From Octopus vulgaris (taxonomy: Eukaryota), in NCBI GenBank assembly GCA_951406725.2, contig OX597815.1, positions 77,004,001-77,068,000 on the forward strand: DNA of 64,000 bases, written 5' to 3'. The notes beneath the pieces are model-generated. The model did not search any database. It was not told the origin of the DNA and saw nothing but the letters and a program-made list of their open reading frames with translations. Positions within the stretch are counted from its first letter, which is position 1. The number at the start of each line of letters is the position of its first letter. Below are positions 54,590-64,000 of this stretch, one piece after another. The position numbers were made by a program, and so were the translations under genes.

Positions 54590-54835
54590 GTGTGTGTATG
54601 TGTGTGTGTGTATGTGTGTGTGTGTATTTGTGTTTATCCCTCAATCATTGCTTGACATCCGGTGTTGGTTTATTTAGGTCCTTGTAACTTAGCAGTTCGG
54701 CGAAGAGACCGATAAAATAAATATCAAACTTTAGTGAAAAAAGTATCGAGGTCGATTTATTAGACCAAATCTTTCAAAGCAGTCTCCCAGCATGGCTGCA
54801 GTCCAATGACTAAAACAAGTAGGAGGCGATAAAAG
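54590..54835 (+). mobile_element. SINE 3' half (family of 11866-12285)
   Basis: GCTTGACA.CCG.TG.TGGT..ACTTAGC.GTTCGGC..GAGACCGATA..CCAGCATGGC.GCAGTC. Confidence 0.75.
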
Positions 54836-56202
54836 ATGTCTTTCATAAATACACATTCCCTCACATGTGTGTACTTGCATATGTGTTTATAAAAAGTTAT
54901 CTACAAAATATCTTACAGAAATAAAGTTCACCATTCTTAACATTCGTTACTATTTTTTCTATACCAGAAATAATAATGTCACGTCTCTGTCATATTTTGC
55001 ATAACGAAAATATATTTTGCTATATGTTATTCAGTGTTCTACATTAGAATAAACCCATTCGTTTAACATTTTCTTACATCGTCTCATAAGAATTATCTCA
55101 TCTCAACAATATCTAACTTATAGTTCATGCACGTAAAGTAATTTTCTTCCCTTATTTATGATATAATTTTCTTTATTGTATTTGCTTCCAATCCATTTAT
55201 CATATTACAGTGTTTATCTAAAAAATAAACATCTCTCTTTTTCAATTTTTTTCTCTTAACATATGTTAGTTTCATTATCTTTTTTTTATATTCTGTTCAA
55301 GTTTATCATTGTTTTTATTCAAATCATTGTTTATTACTCTGTACCAATACCAACGATCATGATCATGATCACCTTTGTTACCAATATACACCGTCAATAG
55401 AGACACTAAACTTTCCTCATCGTCAACGCCATCATGACTATTATCATCATCATCATCATCATCATCATCGGCAGCATCATTCAGTCTCTGGTTTTATATC
55501 AATAATGAAATTATCAGCAAAAGAAATATATCTTCACTTTAACTTGTTTTATTATTTAAACTTTTTTTTTTTTATTTTATTCATTGTAAGTTTGGGAAAA
55601 TAAATTAGCAATGATAACACTTGCAACAACAGCAAAAACATGAATAACAATAAAACATCTGCGGCCATAACTTATGGTTATTATTTTGTCTTGTTCAGTC
55701 ATGAATTATGTATCACATTTTCGTATAACCAACGCCTATATTATTTTTTTCGGCTTATAAATAAAGTCTTCGTAAATAAAATTCAAAATGTCAACGTGAC
55801 CTAAACCATTCAGTAGCAGATAGCAAAGAAATGATTAGACTATTGTCTGTATAAATAATAAATTTCTTAGTTCTGATTGTAATTATCATTGACGAATGAA
55901 CAGCGAAAAGTAAGATTTTAGTGTGTGACTTATAGATTGGATAATTTATTCATTAATTCCAAACCCGCTGATTCTAGGATTCGATGCGACAATCTTTTGA
56001 GCATACCAAATACGTACAAAATTTTGAGAATCAGTGTGAAGTTTATCGATCAGAAGGAGAATAAAGCAGGCTCCACTCGTGTGTTTTGTAAAAACAAAAA
56101 AACGAAAATTTGATTTGGTTTATCAAATCTAATAACTTAATATAAATGCTTGTGTGTGTATGTATGTATGTATGTATGTATGTATGTATGTATGTATGTA
56201 TG

Positions 56203-56251
<49 letters not shown>

Positions 56252-56284
56252 TTATATATACACATAGATAGATATATATACACA

Positions 56285-56339
<55 letters not shown>

Positions 56340-56949
56340 ATATCTCATGGGAGAGCGATTTGTAAATAAATATCGAATTTTTCTCTACTTGTAGAGGAAC
56401 TTTTATTGGAAATTTGAAAAAAATTAAATATTTGCCAAAAATAAAAGAAAATTATTGCTTTATTTGTAACAGAAAAAAAGGACTTCTGTAAAGTTTTCGC
56501 TTTCACAAATTACATTTTTTATGTTACATATAGACTAAAAATTGAATTCACATACATCAAAAGACTGCTATACGTCGTACTTTCTTAATTATTTCAATAT
56601 ATTTTTATATGATTTATTAGATTTATCTAATATTTCCTGTTGTGTATATGGCTTAGCAATATAATAGTGAGATTTGTAGCAATGTAATATTTTTATAGAC
56701 ACTTTTAAAGATAACTAATTTCAATTAGCCTAAATAAAATTACTGTACATTTTTTAAAGAGTTTTGTTAGAATGTAAAAAAATTCTTTTGAATTTTTCTC
56801 AATACATACTTTGTTTTAAAATTGTATTGAATATGTTGGATAGTTGGCGAGAGGGCTCAATATATAGTAGGTAATTTTGTTTAACCGTAACTTTTTCTTG
56901 ATGGTTTGATCTCCGATCGTCACCAACTGTCTGATCTTTTCGTATCCAC

Positions 56950-58190
56950 TAGATCACAAAGCCCCAACAAATATATAGTCAACACATCGCTTTTTGGGTT
57001 ATGTACTGCTATTTTATGTTGATGCCAGTGCTGGGTTTGCTAACTGGATTCTCAGCAAGCATTTTATATGCAGATTCTTTGGTTTTTCTAAGTTTTCACC
57101 GTGATCCTCTATAAATGGTAAAAATTTCATTCATTCTATCATGATATTTTACAGATTATATCTTCAACCGCCTTCTCATTAAGTCTTCTCTATGTTCTAG
57201 GTTTTGATTTAGAAGGCCTTCCACAAACACATGGGATTTCGTAGATGTACGTTTTGTGTTCTAGCCATTGCTATGCTAATTGTTTTGATACTTTTGATCA
57301 AAAAGACTGCCCGTTGCAGATTCCCTGAATTTTCTCAGACAATCCCTTTCAGTAAAGTAGGGTCACAGCATAATTTGGTTTAAGCTATTCCTTGCGGACG
57401 AGAGTAGTTTTGAGATTTATATTTGTCAGTAAGATCACTTCTACTTTATAATCTTATACAGTAGTGCTGATAATTTTTGATTATTGTGGTATTTGATAAT
57501 ACCTTTCTTAACATTATGTGAACGACAACGCTCATAATTCAGAGTCCAATTGGAGTCTATTGATGGTAGACTTTTGATCCACTGGTGTTCTGACTTCTAT
57601 GTCTGCCAATCTAGGCAGAACATCAAGGAATAAATGTTGGCTGTTACTTTCTTTTTCCACGCTACATGGTAAATTAGTGTGATTACCAGAAATCGGACGT
57701 CTTCTTGGGTGGCAGAGTATGATGGTGTCACCAAGACATATATTAGCCACCCTGTGGGCTTCAGCGTTCAATTTTCTAGAGTTTTGTCTTTGAAAAACAC
57801 CATGTAAATGTTTAGCATTGCTGAAGATAATCACAAACCCATAACCATCTCTTCCAATTGTAAGTAAATCTTCAAAATCTATCAATCAGCATTTTAAATT
57901 ATGTTATCTTTGCCCTTGTTTTGACAACAGGCTGTACCTCATCTGCTGAAACCAACGTAAATATAGTCACCACATCAAAGCTGATTCTTTTACATTGCTG
58001 GTCTATTTTAAATCTATGATATGCAGTGTACAAAGCGTTTCAAAAGTTCTATCTATAAGTGGATTGATGACGTTAAGTAGGGAGCGGCTCAGCGGATGAC
58101 ATGCTAAGTCTCTATAACTGACGATAGATTTTGTAAAATTGCTAGAGCGTTGAATAGAATACTTTCTGGTATTTTTGTAAATGTTCTCTA
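56950..58190 (-). mobile_element. Highly degraded PLE RT-EN remnant
   Basis: Minus-strand ISFDVVTIF (cf. SFDV.SLF) and KESNSQHLFLDVL..RTPVDQKST (cf. E.N..LPFLDV..T.VYRKPT). Confidence 0.45.
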
Positions 58191-59249
58191 TATTTTCTTA
58201 TATAGAAGTCTATGTATGTATGTATGTATGTATGTATGTATGTATGTATGTATGTATGTATTATGTATGTATATCCTGGTTAAGATACTAAGCTGCATAT
58301 GGTTGTGAGGCTCCAGTTCAAGACTTCTGCAGTTGTGCCAAGATAAAGTCATCCTTAATTACCATCACTCCCAGGTCCGTTCTGAACCGTAACTGCAGTA
58401 CCTGTCAGGATTCCATATATGGGTTAAGTAGATTTCCCAGGGGTAACAAAGCCGTGAAGAAGACAGCTCTTCTAAGAGAAAGATACTCTGACATAAAACT
58501 TGCAATCAAAATAGTACCGCTGATTTTGCAATGATTGTCACTGGCAGCTATTATGGCAACAGAGAGAATGGTAACAGTATTGTACAAGCTTTTGTCACTT
58601 AAATCCAATAACGTACTGATGTCTCACTATTTATTAAATGTGAGACGGCTATCATCTGACAAAATGAAGCAACCATCATTTATGTATTCCTGAGTATTGT
58701 GTACAAGGCATTGTTCTAAATACTCACGACTGACTGATAATCAGTTAAGTGAGGCTCTGAGTAAAATTTTCTGTAGCCTTTTCATCTTCTATAAAGTACT
58801 ATTTTAATCTACCTTTGTATTTGAGTACCATCCTTCCCGCCTTGTTTTTTACGTATGCACTCACATGTGTGTGTATGTATGTAAGTCTTAGACAGGCGAC
58901 TCAGGTCACTCTAGATCCCATTCGTGGGTGGTGGATATCAAAATTTCGTCATTTTTCGGGCTTATCAACATCATGTACCTGAATCGGGCCGGTGACGAAT
59001 TAAATAGTCAGTCTATGACTACATATGGGTTATGTAAAACCTACTTGCTGGTATACTACGACAACGCCTACATAAGATTAAATTCAGCAACTAATTAAAA
59101 GCAGCGCTAGTAATGTAAACATAATCGACTACACATGCTGAATGTATTTACTTTGTTCGCCGTTTCACTGCGAGTAGAGTGCCTGACAGACGACTTCCTC
59201 ATAGCACTACATGTGATGTTGATAAGCAAGGTAGCGTTTATGTAAGTAA

Positions 59250-61875
59250 TAAACAGAAAAATTAAGAAAAATTGGAACACGCCAAATTCTTTCAATAACA
59301 TGTATAACCATAGCACTCAAATTAATAAGGATAGGAATAAAATAGCAAAAAAGAAACCAATACCTTGTATGAGAATAGCTGAGCCTCTAAAAACAACCCA
59401 ACCTCTTAATAAAGCAAACAACAATAATACTACTTGGATTATAATCTCTTTGGCCAAACATTTAAAATCTAACTTAATTAGATCCATCAGAATGATAATT
59501 AATAAAAACTTCAAAAACTCTAAATATACTAAAATATTTAATAATAAAAAAATTAGATTTGGATTTTTAGTTTCTCCAAATCTTTTTAGGATATTTTCTT
59601 CTTTTAACAACTAGAAACTGGATCTATTCTATAAAAAAACTAACATAAATGTACCTAGTACCTAGTACCTATAATCTTACAATTAACACCAACAACAATA
59701 CTGCTAATAACCTTAACTCTATTATTCCAACAAAATATAGATATAAACACCACTACATCGAGACCCAAATGCCTGTGAAGTAGATAGAAATTGTAAAATG
59801 AAAGAAGTTGTATACCAAGCAACTATTGTAACTAAGGACTCCAAGCAACTATTAAAACTCAGTTAAACTCCAGAATTTCTAACCATAAATCTTCTTTTAG
59901 GGACCATCGAAAAGAGAATAGTACAGGACTATGTAAAAAAATTTGCCACCTCAAAAGAAACAATATTAATTTCTCCATCTCTTGGAAAATCCTACCTTCT
60001 TCCTCCTCTTATAGAAATAATAATAAAATTTGCAGATTATGTTTAGAAGAAAGCTATAACATAATGAGAATGAATGGAAATTTGGTTAATACTAGGGATG
60101 AAATTTTTTTCATGTAAACACGTGACCAAATTCCTATTCACTAATCTAAAATAACTCTTCACTCACCTTTTGCTTTGTTTGATATTTTTTATTAAAAAAA
60201 TATCTCTATATATTACCCTTTACTATGGAATATAATTACTCATCACATTCACATTACATTACTATATCTTACACTATCTTTGTATATTTTTTTTCTTTAT
60301 GATTTCCTTCTGACAGATGCATGACCCACTATATATATAGCGCTGTCACTTTATCTATCCCTCCCTACACTTTTCCATTCCACATGTTTGGATATAGGAA
60401 ATTATATCTTTCCTTAGTATGTAATATACCGATACTTTTTTGTACTTTATTTGTATAATTTGTCCGTGTACTCCCTTTCTTGTACCTCTTCCCCCCACTC
60501 AACATACCGATTCGAACTATTACTGGTTTACGTTGTTTGTTATTTATTACTATACATTATAATTACGTATATTTTACTACTGGCATATGTACACATGTAT
60601 GCATATGTAAGACTTTTAGGTGTTCTACATGTTTACACCCATGTATGCATATCTAAGTATGGATCTTAAATGTACCTTTGTTTGTAAATTTATAGATATG
60701 TATGTTATTACATTTATATGTAGACACAGACATGTATATTAATATGAACGTATGTATCTGCGTATATATGTATGATCACATACATATATATAAAATTTAT
60801 TATGTATGTGTATTTATATGTATATGTGTATACCCCCATTTTGCACCTGTATCAGTAAGTTTGTTAGTTTCTTTATATGTATACCTTAATCGTATACTAC
60901 AAGAATTCCTGTGTATCTATATACTCATGCATAAAAATGCCTCTACATGCGTATGACTAAACATACACTTTTCCTTATTAGATTATATTTCTTCTATATT
61001 ATGTGTAAATTTTTGTACCCTTACGTGTACCCTTCTGCTCGTAATTTTTCTTATATTCATACTGGCACGGCACCCCTACATTACGACCATACTGCCATTC
61101 CATATCCTTCTCGCATAATACTAAGCTTGGTTATTACCTCTGAAATAATCATTTTATATACTAAAACGCACCTTCTGTATTACCAACACATCTGTATCTA
61201 GTATTAGCTTCTAATATACTACTTCCTCACGCTAAACTTCATTCTTATGTATAGAATTTTTTGAAAATACATTATACTAAATAATGATTTCAACGGTTAG
61301 TTCTAATTTTAATTTTAATTCTGTATTTGCTCCCCATTGGACATTTCCAATACTTATTTGCCCTATGCCACTTGTATGGAGCTATATTTCTAATTTCCAT
61401 ACTCATCTATAGAGGGAACGTCTCTGATACTTCTTTACTTATATCTTCAAATAACAGTTGAAGCCATTAGTTATGGTTAAATATCCGACATGACACCCTT
61501 TTTTTTTTCACACGGATACCAATATGAATCTCCTAGATCCAATTTTTTCTGCTATATTCCTTTTTAAGTTCCTTGTATTATGATTTCTTTCCTTCCTGCA
61601 CTGAAGAGTACGTTGATATTTAAGTAATTTAATTTAATTCAGTCGTGAATTTCTAATATTATTATATCTCGTACGAAACGATCGTCTGCAAGAATTAAAC
61701 TTTAACAAAATTGATGTGATTTATGGAACTTCAGCTCATAAATTCACCATACATTATATATAAACACTACTTTCATATCTTCGCAAATTTACGCCTGCAA
61801 ACTCCCAGCAAAGTACGACGTATCAACGTTAGAAACCTCCAATTAAAAGAAGAATCCACATTCAACCTTTATACA
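59250..61875 (+). mobile_element. PLE (Naiad-like) 3' portion: linker, GIY-YIG, long 3' tail, and pseudo-LTR with ORF restart
   Basis: WII..KSNLIRSI..KYTKIFN..PNLFRIFSSFN; RDPNACEVDRNC..VVYQAT..NHKSSF..STGL..FSISWKIL..CRLCLEE..LVNTRDE..CKH. The HHR at 61593 is followed by an ATG at 61723, and the element ends in (TA)/(TG)n. Confidence 0.82.
61593..61694 (+). ncRNA. Intact type I hammerhead ribozyme with extended stem II
   Basis: TTCCTGCA-CTGAAGA-GTACG..(57 nt)..CGTAC-GAAA-CGATCG-TC^TGCAAGAA; palindromic ACGATCGT stem III; predicted GUC cleavage after 61686. Confidence 0.85.
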
Positions 61876-61877
61876 CC

Positions 61878-61889
<12 letters not shown>

Positions 61890-61967
<78 letters not shown>
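61890..61967. repeat. (GT)n array
   Basis: Directly visible. Confidence 0.97.
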
Positions 61968-61971
<4 letters not shown>

Positions 61972-61988
61972 ATTACTTTTACTTTTAC

Positions 61989-62352
61989 GTAAACCTGTGT
62001 CAAGGAGTGACTATGGTTATGTTGGGGCACCGCCATTGGTATGATTATTTGTTTATTTCCACTATCCTCCCTCTCCGTGTTTGGTTTTTGTGATTGAGGG
62101 ACTTGGACGATGCCGCCCTCAATTGCCTTATATATTGCACGCTTCAGATAAGACTGGGAAAATTTAAGGGTTAACAGGGAAACAGGTGCACGTGAGAGAT
62201 TTATAAAGTGGAAATAATTTGCAGATGACGAAGGTTTCGGTGCAATGAGTAAAAATAGTTGATCCTCTTTTACAATAAACTTGTTCACAAAACTTGAGGC
62301 TATTGCGATAACAGCTAACAGATAATTCTTTATTTTGCAATAAGCTTTCACT
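61989..62352 (-). CDS. Candidate host exon (~120 aa, unknown product)
   Basis: cattcatttctctag acceptor, stop-free non-repetitive frame (..LLIAPKPSSS..IIIPMAVPQ..), weak donor. Confidence 0.3.
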
Positions 62353-62789
62353 CTAGAGAAATGAATGATATTTTATCAAAAACTAAAGTGTTGCAAATGA
62401 GAATATATACAGAATTTATTAAACTTCATTTTATTTATTTAGTTATTTATTTATTTATCTATTTAGAATAATAAAAATCATGTGTAAATAATCCGGTGCA
62501 TAATTTTCTGCTTCGGAATAGAAAATAAAACTGGGCTCAGTTTTGCTTTCTGTTTGGATTTACACGAGACAACGCATGTACCTTCAACCGGTCTTCCTAG
62601 AACTCCCTAAATCATAAGCACAGTATTCATTTAGTTGAAAATTTTGATGCACAAATTATGATAAATAGTTATTTTTAAAGAATTATTTTTATTTCGAGTG
62701 TTTATTTTTAATCTGACACACTCATTACAAAGAATTCTATGGAAGTATTTCGCATATTCATTTGTTACTGTTGATGATCAATGCAGGAG

Positions 62790-63170
62790 GAAAGATGTTA
62801 ACCTCGACCCTTCAAAGATCCTAGTAAGTTGGAAGGGAGGAATTATTTTCAAGCCAGAACTCTTGGCACACGTGCCTATCACATAGTGGTCTTCGTTAAG
62901 AGCACTGACAGTATCAGTTAGTAGCAAGATGGGATTTGAACTCAGGACACAAAGAGTCCGAACAAATACCACAAAATCCATTCGGTTGTTCTTACAGTTC
63001 TACTATTTCACTGCACTGATTTTTTTTTCCTTTTGCTTATCAATTCCGAAAGGAATGAAAAGCAAAGCTGACCTCGACAGAATTTGAACTCAGATGGCAG
63101 ACAGATAAGACAAATGCTGAGATGCCTTCTATCCGACACTCTAACGACTCTGCCATTTTGTCAGCTAGAT
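62790..63170 (-). mobile_element. Degraded Meta-core SINE copies
   Basis: CCGAAAGGAATGAAAAGCAAAGCTGACCTCGACAGAATTTGAACTCAGA. Confidence 0.6.
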
Positions 63171-63780
63171 GCAAGTTCTGCTTTTACACCCATATACACC
63201 CTTCTAAAAACTTGATATTTAAAAGCATCTGATCAAATAATGCCACTGCATTATATTAAACAGAAAATTCCATCGTGTTTTACATAAACGTATATAAATG
63301 TATTTATGATGTTAACTATCATATTTTTATTATGAATTCGTAAGAGGAGAAAGGACTACACCCATGACATTTGCAGGGCTCATGAGACTGGTGGAAGAGG
63401 AGGCAGAAAAGAGGAGAACCGCATTTTTCACCTTTTATCATTCGAGACTTGGATAGAAGATTCTCGCTCAAGTTTTTATACAATAAATTCCATTGCGAAA
63501 AAAAGGTGATAATGAAGACAAGTTCACATATATATGTAACATGTTCTAACCAGATCAATGATAATGGTTCAAACGTTAAGAAAGGAACCACCCGTGAGAT
63601 TTAATTTTTGAAGCATTTCATAATTCTTTATACGTTATATTATGTACTTTCAGTTTTGTTTTTTTTTTTTTAATTTGTCTTGTGACGAAACGCTTTCGAA
63701 TTTAGTTTGCAAGGTTCTTGTTGTGAACTCGTGTGAAATACATTTCGTTGTAACTCGGAAAGTCATCATGGCATTAATAG

Positions 63781-64000
63781 ACACGCGCGCTGATTCTATT
63801 TCACTTCTTTATCTTTTATTTATCAATTGGTAAACTATTTAACCGATTAACTAACTGATTTATAGCTTGACACACCTGAAGTACACCTGGGGCAGAGAAA
63901 TTATGTCATTGATGAGGTTACGAATGGCGATGATGAGACTTTGACATACCTAGATTGATTGACTGAACAATTAGCCAAACAATCGATTAACTAATTGGTT
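63781..64000. mobile_element. Second MITE-like copy (family of 26311-26640), cut by the window end
   Basis: TATTTAACCGATTAACTAA.., GAATGGCGATGA, ..AAACAATCGATTAACTAATTGGTT. Confidence 0.6.

Noticed and set aside
59750-60150. Selenocysteine (in-frame TGA) recoding, as reported for some Naiad PLEs
   Set aside because: The visible conserved Cys codons are TGT/TGC, and no SECIS was recognised.
63319-63591. 90-aa Cys/His-containing ORF
   Set aside because: It has no splice signals or recognisable zinc-finger spacing.

Overview
This is AT-rich, microsatellite-dense animal DNA. The tRNA-derived SINE families point to a coleoid cephalopod, probably Octopus (inferred from memory, not verified). No intact protein-coding gene is securely visible, and most listed ORFs are translations of (TA)n, (TACA)n or (GATA)n arrays. 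The window is a transposon graveyard. It holds a near full-length R4/Dong-type LINE in (TAA)n, a second R4-like 3' fragment, CR1/Jockey, RTE and Tx1 LINE remnants, a Mag-type gypsy LTR+PBS+gag fragment, mariner and ZMYM1-like hAT remnants, many SINEs, and at least six Penelope-like element (PLE) fragments. The most notable signal is non-coding: about ten minimal type I hammerhead ribozyme (HHR) motifs, each with its own palindromic stem III. Highlights are a 530-bp near-perfect foldback with an intact hammerhead in each arm (14512-15041), a second foldback that turns inside a hammerhead (53634-53908), an intact long-stem-II hammerhead in a PLE pseudo-LTR (61593-61694), and a tRNA-headed SINE carrying a hammerhead (6033-6281). 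A few possible host exons are flagged at low confidence. All calls were made by eye; no searches were run.
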